DNA of 64,000 nucleotides from Candidatus Hadarchaeota archaeon (GTDB lineage: Archaea; Hadarchaeota; Hadarchaeia; Hadarchaeales; JAGGTB01): positions 64,001 through 128,000 of the forward strand of contig CAYLJV010000001.1 of the NCBI GenBank assembly GCA_964384105.1, given 5' to 3'. The notes under the pieces were generated by a model. That model did no database searches. It worked only from the letters and a program-made list of their open reading frames with translations, and was not told the origin of the DNA. A program made the position numbers and the translations under genes. Below are positions 10,556 through 19,973 of the stretch, piece by piece. Every line of letters starts with the position of its first letter. Position 1 is the stretch's first letter.

Positions 10556-11431
10556 ATGGTAGCAGTAGCAAGTACAATCACTATGATACTTCAGTCTTCC
10601 ATTATCTTCCTACTTCCCGCTTTAGGTGAGCTATACAGCCAGAGAGGTGGAATACTAAATATCTCTTTAGAAGGCTTAATGCTCACAGGTGCTTTGGTTT
10701 CCGTTGCAGTTGCAGTTACAACTTCAAATGTATGGTTGGGCATTATTGGTGGAATGGCTGCGGCGGGTTTACTTGGTTTTTTCCACGGTTTCCTGTCAAT
10801 TTCTTGTAAGGTTTCACAAGTGGCAAGTGGATTGGGTATATGGCTATTTGCTATTGGTTTTACTACATATTTAGGGAAACCTTTTGAAGGGCCTGTTAGA
10901 TTTACAATACCTAAAATTGCCTTTGGCCTTACTCCGATTTTCTTTATAGCGATAGCTTTAGTTCCTGTATTTTGGTTTATTCTAAACAGGACTAGTTTTG
11001 GAATAGGAGTTAGATCCGCGGGTGAGGACCCTTTGATTGCAGAAGCTTGGGGTGTTAATGTTACTAAGGTTCGATATGTTGGAGTTATTGTTGGTGGTCT
11101 TCTAGCTGGCTTGGCTGGTGCTTATCTTTCTTTGTCTTATACTAGTTTGTGGTCTCCGGGAATAACAGGGGGCCGTGGTTGGATAGCTCTTGCTCTTATA
11201 TTCTTCTCGTTATGGAGTTCTCGGATTCTAATATTCAGTTCGCTATTTTATGGAGTGTTGTGGGTGGCTACCTTTAAACTACAACTGTCTCTTCCAGGGA
11301 TTAATGTGGCGATACTTCAGGCTTTACCTTTCGTAGTAGTGATTATTGCTTTAACTGTTATCAAACTCGGAAGGTTTGGAATGGAACAGGCAATGCCTGC
11401 GTCCTTAGGTGAACCATTCATAAAGGAATGA
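10556..11431 (+). CDS. ABC transporter permease 2
   Basis: GELYSQRGGILNISLEG, GRGWIALAL. ATG at 10556 after GGTGG is preferred over the ORF-track start. Confidence 0.88.
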   Translation: MVAVASTITMILQSSIIFLLPALGELYSQRGGILNISLEGLMLTGALVSVAVAVTTSNVWLGIIGGMAAAGLLGFFHGFLSISCKVSQVASGLGIWLFAIGFTTYLGKPFEGPVRFTIPKIAFGLTPIFFIAIALVPVFWFILNRTSFGIGVRSAGEDPLIAEAWGVNVTKVRYVGVIVGGLLAGLAGAYLSLSYTSLWSPGITGGRGWIALALIFFSLWSSRILIFSSLFYGVLWVATFKLQLSLPGINVAILQALPFVVVIIALTVIKLGRFGMEQAMPASLGEPFIKE

Positions 11432-11517
11432 TTTTCTAAAGTCTTTGTCTCTTGGTTATTGCCATAGACGCAGAATTTATATCTAATAGACAATCATTAT
11501 CTGCAATAGGTAATAAC

Positions 11518-12762
11518 ATGGTAATAAAGAAACCAGGTAGAACTTATTACAAAAAACCCGTTTTCCCAGATTTTCCAAAAAGTGAGTGGGAATCTAGAAT
11601 CGACAAGGCACAAGAGATAATGTCCGACAGTGACATAGACTGTTTGTTAGTTTGGCAGAGAGAAAATGTGAGATATTTCTATGGCTTCCAGACAATACAT
11701 TGGTATCTTAAGAGTCTTCAGCCCGGAGTAGGTATAATTCCTGCTGAGGGAGAGCCTACTTTGGTAGTACCTGAACTGTTTCAGGGAAATGTTGAAGGTC
11801 TTTGTTGGTTAGATGATATTAGGGTACAAGAAGACCCGCATCAGCCAAAAGTTCAGCGAGAACTACCCAAAGAAATTGCAGAAATAGTTAAAGAAAAGGG
11901 CTATGGAGATGGAAACATTGCCCTAGAAAAAGGTCCTCTTGGATGTACTTGGATTCCGAGGCCGTTGAACGATATTGAGACGCTTAAGAATTCCTTGCCA
12001 GATGCGAATTTTGTTGATGGCGACAAAGTTATTTGGGGCTGTAGAATGATAAAGAGCCCATTGGAACTAGAGAGAATTAGAAAATCTATTAATGGAATAA
12101 AGAAAGTGCAAGCTGCTATTGTTGAGCAGTATCGACCAGGAATGATGGAAGAGGACATACAGAAGATAATTGACAGGACTAGAGCTGAATTGGAAGGTAA
12201 CTCGCTAGGACATGATGGAGTTTCTTGGGAACACTTTATCGCAGGAACGAAAAAACAGTCGTTTGCTGACATAAAGGCTTTGGAAGGTGCTACCATAGGA
12301 AAGAACGATCCTATCCAGTATGATGGCGCTTTCTACTACAAAGGCTACTGTCCGGATAGCGCGAGAGTATGGCAAGTTGGTCCAGTAACGGAGCAAATAG
12401 AAGAATACTATAGTATAATCTTTGAAGGTGAGGATAACGTCGAAGAGATGTTGCGTCCGGGAGTCAAGGCTAACGAAGTTTACGAAGCTATGTACAAGCC
12501 AATAAAAGATAGAAATCTTAAAGGCCTAGACATGGGTGGTCATGGTACCGGGATGGATACTCATGAACCCCCCTCGATAGATGAATGGAATGAACAGAAG
12601 ATAGAAGAGGGAATGGTTCTTTCTATTGAGCCTTGGTTAGTTTCCGACGAAGGAGTATTGTTCGGAATACAGGATACTTTCGTCGTCACTAGAAATGGCT
12701 GTGAGAAAATTGAGGCCCTTAACAGAGATATTAAACAAGTCTATCATCCATATACCTACTAG
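11518..12762 (+). CDS. M24-family enzyme, paralog B
   Basis: FPDFPKSEW shared with paralog A; GHGTG..HEPP, SIEP. ATG at 11518 after AGGT. Confidence 0.85.
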   Translation: MVIKKPGRTYYKKPVFPDFPKSEWESRIDKAQEIMSDSDIDCLLVWQRENVRYFYGFQTIHWYLKSLQPGVGIIPAEGEPTLVVPELFQGNVEGLCWLDDIRVQEDPHQPKVQRELPKEIAEIVKEKGYGDGNIALEKGPLGCTWIPRPLNDIETLKNSLPDANFVDGDKVIWGCRMIKSPLELERIRKSINGIKKVQAAIVEQYRPGMMEEDIQKIIDRTRAELEGNSLGHDGVSWEHFIAGTKKQSFADIKALEGATIGKNDPIQYDGAFYYKGYCPDSARVWQVGPVTEQIEEYYSIIFEGEDNVEEMLRPGVKANEVYEAMYKPIKDRNLKGLDMGGHGTGMDTHEPPSIDEWNEQKIEEGMVLSIEPWLVSDEGVLFGIQDTFVVTRNGCEKIEALNRDIKQVYHPYTY

Positions 12763-12774
12763 GAGGTGTGAGTT

Positions 12775-13749
12775 TTGGAAAATTTAGGTGTAGTGTTTCC
12801 CGGTGATTATCCTAGTAATAAGGTAGTAAAACAGTCTAAGTTTATAGATAAGAAGGGATTGGATTCGGTCTGGGTTATAGAGGATTATTTCTTCAGAGCT
12901 TCTTTCCCGTTAGCGGGAGCTGTTATGGCAAATACTGAAAACGTTAAAGTGGGAGTAGGTTGTCCCAATGTCTATACAAGGACCCCTGCTCTGACAGCTA
13001 TGTCTGCTGCTACGGTCGACGAGATTTCGAGTGATCGATTTATTTTGGGATTAGGTGCCGGCGTAAAAGGTTGGATCGAACAGCAGGGTATCGAGTGGAA
13101 CAAGAATCTTGGTAGAGTGCGAGAGTTCATTGATGTAGTTAGGAAGATTTTAGCTAACGAAAAGGTAGATTATTCGGGTGACTTCTATACAGCGAAGGAT
13201 ATAGAACTCGAGTTTGAACCACCCAGCAAAAAGATTCCGATCTATATAGCCGCTATGGGTCCCAAAATGACGCAGCTTTCAGGAGAGATTTCAAATGGTG
13301 TGCTTTTGTCAGTATGTACTCCGGCAGAATGGCTAGATGTTGTTAAACAAAACTTGGAGAAAGGTGCGAAGAGATCAGGAAAATCTTTGAATGATATTAA
13401 TATAGCGTCTTACATCCTCGTTTCGATGTCAGAGGACCGGAAAAAAGCGATGGAGAAAGTGAAGCCAATGATAGCTTTCTATCTATCTTTGCCAATATTC
13501 GATGCTATTCTCGAAGACATCGGAATGACTGATGAAGTTGCACCTGTAAGTGAGGCCTATTCAAAGGGAAACAAAGAAGAAGCTTTTGAGTATATGACAG
13601 AGGATATCATTGATACATTTGCCGTGGCCGGAACACCTGAAGAATGTAGAGAAAAGTTAGAAGGATTCGTAGAAGCTGGAGTAAACGAGCCATTGGCTTG
13701 GCCCATAATGGATGTAAAAGAAATGGTAAACGGGTTAGCAGAGGATTAA
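12775..13749 (+). CDS. Luciferase-like (LLM) flavin/F420-dependent oxidoreductase
   Basis: NVYTRTPALTAMSAATVDEIS, RFILGLGAG, IPIYIAAMGPKM, AGTPEEC. Confidence 0.85.
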   Translation: MENLGVVFPGDYPSNKVVKQSKFIDKKGLDSVWVIEDYFFRASFPLAGAVMANTENVKVGVGCPNVYTRTPALTAMSAATVDEISSDRFILGLGAGVKGWIEQQGIEWNKNLGRVREFIDVVRKILANEKVDYSGDFYTAKDIELEFEPPSKKIPIYIAAMGPKMTQLSGEISNGVLLSVCTPAEWLDVVKQNLEKGAKRSGKSLNDINIASYILVSMSEDRKKAMEKVKPMIAFYLSLPIFDAILEDIGMTDEVAPVSEAYSKGNKEEAFEYMTEDIIDTFAVAGTPEECREKLEGFVEAGVNEPLAWPIMDVKEMVNGLAED

Positions 13750-13793
13750 TTTCCTCTCACTTCTTTTTTATTTTTCAGTTTGATTGTGGCAGT

Positions 13794-14114
13794 TTATTTT
13801 TCTCCAGGATACTTTATCTCTTCGCCGAAGAATGCTTTGCTTTCACCGATGTATTCGCTCCACTGCTCCAATAATTTTTTAGCTTCTTCTGATTCTAGGT
13901 CTTTCTTGTAATTTTCCGAGTTGGTTATTTTTATGTGTTCGATGTAATCGTAGGGAACTTCATTCTGTAGACTCTCTGTTATCCGATAGACTCTATAGAA
14001 TATTATAGAATCGATTTTCCGAGCAATGGAGTAATCAGATTCTTTTACCCATTTTTCATAATCCTTTTGTTTTGCGTCGTCCTTTAGTTTGGTCAAGAAA
14101 AAAGTTGCAGACAT
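13794..14114 (-). CDS. REDY/HapK-like dimeric alpha-beta barrel protein
   Basis: FFLTKLK..YEKWVKESDY..PYDYIE pattern. Confidence 0.6.
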   Translation of the reverse strand: MSATFFLTKLKDDAKQKDYEKWVKESDYSIARKIDSIIFYRVYRITESLQNEVPYDYIEHIKITNSENYKKDLESEEAKKLLEQWSEYIGESKAFFGEEIKYPGEK

Positions 14115-14285
14115 TTTATCTGCTTCTTAAGAAGGGACATATTTTTAATAAGTTTTTGGTTTTGATTTGTTTGATTTTAAATTTTGATACTCGCAACTTT
14201 CGTAAAAAGTCAGCTCTGTTTTTGTATCATTATATCTATGTTAATAAAAAAGAAAAAAGGAAGAAAGAAAAAAGTCAAAGCCTAC

Positions 14286-15644
14286 CTATTGTAGTGATCC
14301 GACGACTCCCTCTACGAAGTAATCCATAGTTAGTAGGTCTTCTCCAGATGGCATTTCTCCTTCTGCGCTTCTTACATTACCGTCTCTATCTACTACTTCC
14401 TGAATGAATGGGTCCCAAACTCCTGTTCTTAGCTGGTTTCTGGTGGCAGTAATTTCGTCGATTACATCCTGCGGAATTTCATCTATCCAATGAGGCGAAA
14501 TCGCGTCTACACCTATCCTATCGTTTTGTCTTAGATCGGTAACACTTATCCTATCGCTTTCTCCGGCGTATAGTGATTCACTCATTGTGGGGAAATGTAT
14601 TGGTTCTGGATCTCCGCCTCTCAAGTAGTCTTTTATTACTCGGTCCAATATTATTTCCCAACGTGACTCGTAGCTAACAGCTACTTCTTCGTCAGTCGCC
14701 CATCCTTCTCGAACATAGTCCAAAGATTTACCTATGAAAGGTATTCCGGCATCAGAAGCCACTCTGACTGGTGACTGTGAGTCGGTTACCTGCCAAAGTA
14801 CTGATACTTCCCTGTCTTCGACTAGTGTCGTTGCTAGTTCTCTTTCTGCCGTTGGGTTGAACCATGATCCTTCCCAGAGCACGTGAACTTCTGCTTGTGG
14901 GTTCACGCTTCTTGCTCCCATGGTGAATGCATTGATTCTTCGGTAATTCAATGAGGCGGGCATTGATCCGACACATCCAATTTTGTCGTTAGTGGCTAGT
15001 GAACCAGCTATCATGCCAGCAAGATAGATAGCTTGGTATTCCTTGGGGAATGCTCTAATGAAGTTGTTTGGGACATCAGCCATTCCTCCATGTGGCTCGA
15101 ATTGCCCGACAATTTCAGGAACGAAATATACGTCGGGGTAGTCTGCTGATATTTCTTCTAGTGGAAGACCAATATATTCTGCATTGCAGAATATTATGTC
15201 GGCGCCACTGTCTTCAATCATACTCTTTGCTACATCTACAACATCTTCTACTGTTACAGATTCCCTAACTACTGAGTTTATTTCTAATGGATAGTTACTT
15301 TCCATCCAAGTTCTAGATGCGTCACAAGCGGTCGTCCAGGATTCAGGTCCTACTGGTGCATAGTAAATCCATCCGAGTGTTAGTTCTTTGGTACCGTTTC
15401 CAGTTGGTGTGGCCAGTTCGTCTATTATGCTTTGTGGGATTGAATTTTGGGCTATATCTCGAACGTCGGTTTCTGATGCTCCCTGCAAATAATTCTGAAC
15501 GTCTGATTTGTTGACTTCTCCTTCTGCTCCTCCGTCTTTGGGAGTTAGAGCGTAAGTTCCTACTCCAACTACTACTGCTGTAACTATCACTGCTATTACA
15601 ACAACGCTAATGGTAGCTAATCCTCTTTCGCTAAATTTAATCAT
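14286..15644 (-). CDS. BMP-family ABC substrate-binding protein, paralog B
   Basis: Long blocks identical to paralog A (GWIYYAPVGPESWTTACDA, SGADIIFCNAEYIG, LLTMDYFVEGVVG). GGAGGTGAT ribosome-binding site. Confidence 0.85.
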   Translation of the reverse strand: MIKFSERGLATISVVVIAVIVTAVVVGVGTYALTPKDGGAEGEVNKSDVQNYLQGASETDVRDIAQNSIPQSIIDELATPTGNGTKELTLGWIYYAPVGPESWTTACDASRTWMESNYPLEINSVVRESVTVEDVVDVAKSMIEDSGADIIFCNAEYIGLPLEEISADYPDVYFVPEIVGQFEPHGGMADVPNNFIRAFPKEYQAIYLAGMIAGSLATNDKIGCVGSMPASLNYRRINAFTMGARSVNPQAEVHVLWEGSWFNPTAERELATTLVEDREVSVLWQVTDSQSPVRVASDAGIPFIGKSLDYVREGWATDEEVAVSYESRWEIILDRVIKDYLRGGDPEPIHFPTMSESLYAGESDRISVTDLRQNDRIGVDAISPHWIDEIPQDVIDEITATRNQLRTGVWDPFIQEVVDRDGNVRSAEGEMPSGEDLLTMDYFVEGVVGSLQ

Positions 15645-15780
15645 TATCACCTCCTTAAAACTGCAATACTAACCTATTAGCTCGTTATACGTTATATATT
15701 TATAACTTACTCAGCAAGCTGTATATTTCAATAAATTAAAAAATAAGCTTTATTGCTACTCAAATAGCGAAAATAAGCTT

Positions 15781-16752
15781 TTAGAAATCAATCTTCCATT
15801 TTCCATCTTTAATTATAGTTTCTCTATCTAGTTTGAGTGTTGGATTTGATATTATACAATCTATGTGAATATTGCTTTTTTGCTTTCCACCCATGTGGGA
15901 GTTATCTCCAAATGCTATATGAACGGTTCCCATTATCTTTTCATCTATTAACATACTTCCCATAGGTTCTGCTTGTGGGTTTGTTCCTATTCCCAACTCA
16001 GCTATTTTATTCGAGTTCGTATCACCGGCTTCTTTGAGCATTTTCTTGAGCGTATTTGCTTCAGTACCTCCGATTATTTCAGTGGCTGAACCGCTCTCGA
16101 TTTTACATTCGACTGTCTTTGAGAGTTTTCCGATTGTTGTGATAACTGTATCTATTATGATTTTTCCTTTTCCAGTGTTTTCAACAGGTGCTATGTATGC
16201 TTCTCCAGCTGGTAAATTTCCGAAATCACCTTTATTTCTTAGTATTCCTGAATCAGAAATTCCAGTTCTACCTTTAAGGTTTAATACTAATTCGGTACCT
16301 ATTTCCGTTTTTATTTTTGCTTCCTTACTTTCGGTAAGTTTTTTTGCTAGTGCGTCTGACCGCGATTTTATTTTTTTATAGTCCGCTTTCATAGGTCCCT
16401 TTATCATTTCCTTGGTTATTCCCGGCATAGAAGCAACTCTTGCTCCTTCTCTACACGCTTCTTCTCTGGCTTGGGTGTGGGATAAGGATTTGGTAGTGGG
16501 TATTAGTATCACGTCGGCGTTTTTCATAGCGGCAGCTACTGTTTTCGGCGGTTCGTTTCCATCAAGTTTTCTCGGTTTTATTATACTGAGAATTGTCTCA
16601 GCTCCTAGGCTGGAGGAGACCTCTGCAAATGAGTTTGCTATTGAGACTCTTTCGGAATCTCCTATAATTAGCACTTCTTCTGTGGGCTTAACGCCAAGAC
16701 AGGTCTCAAGAGCGATTCTTATTCCTTCAAGATGGTCAAATTCTCCAATCAA
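15781..16752 (-). CDS. M29-like leucyl aminopeptidase / thermophilic metalloprotease
   Basis: NLPAGEAYIAP, IAELGIGTNP, DEKIMGTVHIAFGDN, HIDC. Confidence 0.82.
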   Translation of the reverse strand: MIGEFDHLEGIRIALETCLGVKPTEEVLIIGDSERVSIANSFAEVSSSLGAETILSIIKPRKLDGNEPPKTVAAAMKNADVILIPTTKSLSHTQAREEACREGARVASMPGITKEMIKGPMKADYKKIKSRSDALAKKLTESKEAKIKTEIGTELVLNLKGRTGISDSGILRNKGDFGNLPAGEAYIAPVENTGKGKIIIDTVITTIGKLSKTVECKIESGSATEIIGGTEANTLKKMLKEAGDTNSNKIAELGIGTNPQAEPMGSMLIDEKIMGTVHIAFGDNSHMGGKQKSNIHIDCIISNPTLKLDRETIIKDGKWKIDF

Positions 16753-16871
16753 TTTCCTTCCTCTGTTTTTTTCTCATATTTTCTTAATAAAATTCTTTGT
16801 CTAGCTGAGATGAGGGTCAGTCGGTTAACAAAATATTTATTAGAAAAGGAGGAAGTTATCTTAGAGTTCCA

Positions 16872-18770
16872 ATGAGTTTTGGCTGTATTAATGGGAAGTA
16901 TGTTGACATTGATCTTAGTAACGGTAGTGTCAGCGAGAGAAATATTGATAAATCCCTTATAGAAGATTATTTGGGCAGCAGAGGAATAAACGCAAAGATA
17001 CTTTGGGAAGAGACGGATGAGGATACGGATCCCCTCGGCCCAGATAATGTCTTGATAATTTCTCCTGGGATATTGGCTGGTACGGGGGCTCCAGTTGGAA
17101 GATTAACTGTAACTGCGCTGAGTCCTGCTACTGGGATATACTTGAAGAGTAGCGTAGGTGGAACTTGCGGTGGACCGATCAAAAGAAACGGTTGTGATGG
17201 TATTGTGTTCAAAGGTAAGGCCGCCGATCCGAAGTATTTGTTGATAGATGACGGCAAGGTTGAAATTAAATCTGCCGAACATCTTTGGGGAAAAGATGTG
17301 AGAGAGACTGTAGAGACCTTGAAGGATGAATTGGGTGATGATACAGAAGTTGCTTGTATAGGTCCGGCTGGAGAGAATGAGGTTAAGATTGCTTCTATCA
17401 TGTTTAATACGTATCACGCTGCAGCTAGGGGTGGAATTGGAGCGGTTATGGGTTCAAAGAATTTGAAAGCAATTTGCGTAAGGGGGGGAGACGAGAAGAT
17501 AGAGATCCCCGACCCCGAGAAATTCAATGAAGTAAGGAAAGAGATGGTACGGGGCATTTTGGAGGATTCATCTTATGAGAGTCTGTCAGAGTTCGGAACT
17601 CCTGGTTTGGTTCCGGCGGTGAATGAGATAGGGGCTATTACGGCTTATAATTTTAGAGAAGGTAGCTTTGAAGGTGCCTACGAGTTAGGAGGACAATACA
17701 TAAAGGAGAATTACTCCTCCAAGATGTATGCTTGTGAGAGATGTCCGATTGGATGTCATCTCTTTACCGAGTTTAAAGATGGTCTTTCTGGAGGGCCGGA
17801 GTATGAGACTCTGCTTTCCCTGGGTATTGGTACAGGAGTTGGGGATACAGAAACTGTTTTGAAAGCTAATGAGCTTTGTAACATTTACGGTCTAGATACG
17901 ATATCAACTGGTGGGGTTATCCAATGGGCTATGGAGAGTTACGAAAATGGAGTACTTTCAGATGAGGAGACGGACGGTCTCGAACTTAACTTCGGTAATG
18001 GAGGAGTGGTTATCGAATTAATTAATAAAATAGCTAATAGGGAGGGCATTGGGGATTTGCTTGCCGAAGGTACGAAAAGAGCTTCTGAGAGAGTTGGGAA
18101 AGGCTCGGAGAAGTGGGCAGTTCAGTCCAAGGGATTGGAACAGTCTAGAGTTGATACGAGAGCTGCAAAGAGTTATGCTTTGGCGTTTGCTGTTAATCCG
18201 AGGGGGCCAGATCATCTTCATACTGAGTGTCTCGCAGAATTTGGAACTACACAGGAGATGGTTGACCTTATCGAAAAAATTACAGGCGACAAAAAATACG
18301 CAAATCCGTATACTATAGAGAAAAGGCCTGAGATAGTCAGGTGGCACGAGGACTGTTATGGTGCAACTGATGCTTTAGGTTTCTGTGCATTCTATACTAC
18401 TTTCCTATACGGAGTTACTCCGGATAATATGGCGAGGATGTTTGAATATGCCACAGGAATCGAGATGGATGAGGATAAGATTATGGAGGCTGGCAGGCGA
18501 ATTGTTACGCTTGAAAATTGCTACAACATCAGATTGGGGATTGATAGAAAGGATCATAGACTCCCATGGAGATTAATGAACGAGGAAACTGAAAAAGAGG
18601 AAGCATCGGCTAATACAGAAGAAGAATTAAAGGAAATGTTGGATGGGTATTTCAAACTTCACGAGTGGGATGTTGAAACAGGAAAACCTACTGCTGAAGT
18701 CCTAGAGAAACTTGATATGAAAGAAGTTGGTGAAGAACTTCTGGAAAAAGGTTTGATTTCTGAGAAATAA
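16872..18770 (+). CDS. aor: Tungsten-containing aldehyde:ferredoxin oxidoreductase family protein
   Basis: IGPAGEN, RGGIGAVMGSKNLKAI, CERCPIGC, GPEYET, LDTISTG, GPDHL. Confidence 0.92.
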   Translation: MSFGCINGKYVDIDLSNGSVSERNIDKSLIEDYLGSRGINAKILWEETDEDTDPLGPDNVLIISPGILAGTGAPVGRLTVTALSPATGIYLKSSVGGTCGGPIKRNGCDGIVFKGKAADPKYLLIDDGKVEIKSAEHLWGKDVRETVETLKDELGDDTEVACIGPAGENEVKIASIMFNTYHAAARGGIGAVMGSKNLKAICVRGGDEKIEIPDPEKFNEVRKEMVRGILEDSSYESLSEFGTPGLVPAVNEIGAITAYNFREGSFEGAYELGGQYIKENYSSKMYACERCPIGCHLFTEFKDGLSGGPEYETLLSLGIGTGVGDTETVLKANELCNIYGLDTISTGGVIQWAMESYENGVLSDEETDGLELNFGNGGVVIELINKIANREGIGDLLAEGTKRASERVGKGSEKWAVQSKGLEQSRVDTRAAKSYALAFAVNPRGPDHLHTECLAEFGTTQEMVDLIEKITGDKKYANPYTIEKRPEIVRWHEDCYGATDALGFCAFYTTFLYGVTPDNMARMFEYATGIEMDEDKIMEAGRRIVTLENCYNIRLGIDRKDHRLPWRLMNEETEKEEASANTEEELKEMLDGYFKLHEWDVETGKPTAEVLEKLDMKEVGEELLEKGLISEK

Positions 18771-18782
18771 AGATTTGAAGAA

Positions 18783-19073
18783 ATGACGGTAGAAGTAAAT
18801 ATAAGATTTTATGGTACTATAAGGGCTCCTTCTCCACCAAAGGATTTTACTATTATTGTAGAAGAAGACTCTACTATAGAAGATGTTTTTAGAAGAGTGA
18901 AGAGGGATATTGGACTTAAAGTTTCGAAAGACGAGTTGAACATTATTCATAATGGTAGCTTGGTTCAGGATTTTAATTTAGATAAGATAGTAGGGGACGG
19001 AGACAGGATAGTTTTAATGCCTTTAGTGGGTGGTGGATTAGGTTCTTTTTTTACTATTAGGCTATTTGAATAG
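18783..19073 (+). CDS. MoaD/ThiS ubiquitin-like sulfur carrier with a tail after the GG motif
   Basis: Beta-grasp pattern VNIRFYGT..GDRIVLMPLVGGG; directly follows aor. Confidence 0.78.
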   Translation: MTVEVNIRFYGTIRAPSPPKDFTIIVEEDSTIEDVFRRVKRDIGLKVSKDELNIIHNGSLVQDFNLDKIVGDGDRIVLMPLVGGGLGSFFTIRLFE

Positions 19074-19967
19074 GCATAGTTTTTCGTCGTGTTTTCTTCC
19101 TTCAAAGAAGCTCCCGCTGGGCAATACTTCTTTTTTCTTTTCTTTTAAGAACTGAGTGAGGAGAGAGTCGACTTCTTCTATAGATCTGGTGGTTTTTAAC
19201 CATTCTAGGGGAATTTGTATCTTGGTTGGTCTGCTAGGAAATTTATGTCTTGTAGTTTTTGGGGGGAGTACATATTCCGATGAAGCAATTTCGATAACTT
19301 CTTTTTTTACTGGTACAGGTAAGAGTAAGGCTGTTCCGTTTGTTTCAGATTTTTTAATAATATTTTCTCTTTTTTCATAGATTATTTTCACTCCTTTCTT
19401 TTTCAGTTCTTCTTCAGTTTCCCCAATAAGGAAATAGATCTCAATTTTATTTTTATCTTCTTTTTTAAGAACGTAGCATTTATCTTCTGCCAAGGCTATT
19501 ACGTCTTTTCCACCTTTTTCTGCCATTTGTTTTTCTAATTGACAACTTTCGATACTAAAGTTTCTTTTTTTGAATAATTCTAGAAGGTCTCCTATATCCA
19601 GATTCTTGAAAAGACGGTCCCAAGTAAGTACTTTTATTCTTGGATCTTGGTAGTTTACGAAGCAAACAGGTGCGAATTTACAACCTAGTTCATTTAATGC
19701 GGTTGCTCTATGCATTCCATCTAGGACTGTTAGAGTCTTCTTGTCTACTATGATAGGGTCTTTTAGTTCTCCATTGTTTCTTATTGATTTTTTCAATCTT
19801 CCTAGAGATGAGGATATCGTTTCTTCGTGCAATAGAAGGCTTTCTACTGGAGCGATCCCTATTTCCATTTCGAAGTTCTCGATTGAGAAAGAATAAGACA
19901 ATTTTTCACCTGGCTGCTGTTGAGTTTGCGGATCGGACTTCTGAATCACGATTTCTTTTTTTAACAA
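19062..19967 (-). CDS. ParB/Srx-fold protein, SerK/SbnI-like free serine kinase candidate
   Basis: LLLHEE, PIIVD..VLDGMHR..AL..LG, VNY, LPPKTTRH. Confidence 0.65.
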   Translation of the reverse strand: MLKKEIVIQKSDPQTQQQPGEKLSYSFSIENFEMEIGIAPVESLLLHEETISSSLGRLKKSIRNNGELKDPIIVDKKTLTVLDGMHRATALNELGCKFAPVCFVNYQDPRIKVLTWDRLFKNLDIGDLLELFKKRNFSIESCQLEKQMAEKGGKDVIALAEDKCYVLKKEDKNKIEIYFLIGETEEELKKKGVKIIYEKRENIIKKSETNGTALLLPVPVKKEVIEIASSEYVLPPKTTRHKFPSRPTKIQIPLEWLKTTRSIEEVDSLLTQFLKEKKKEVLPSGSFFEGRKHDEKLCLFK

Positions 19968-19973
19968 GCTTTT

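Noticed and set aside
12775-13749. Methylene-H4MPT reductase (mer)
   Set aside because: It has IEDYFFR rather than the Mer-type TDHY motif, and the context is a transporter island with no H4MPT genes.
19062-19967. Chromosome partitioning ParB
   Set aside because: No HTH domain or parA neighbour; the C-terminal PKTTRH fits SerK-like enzymes better.
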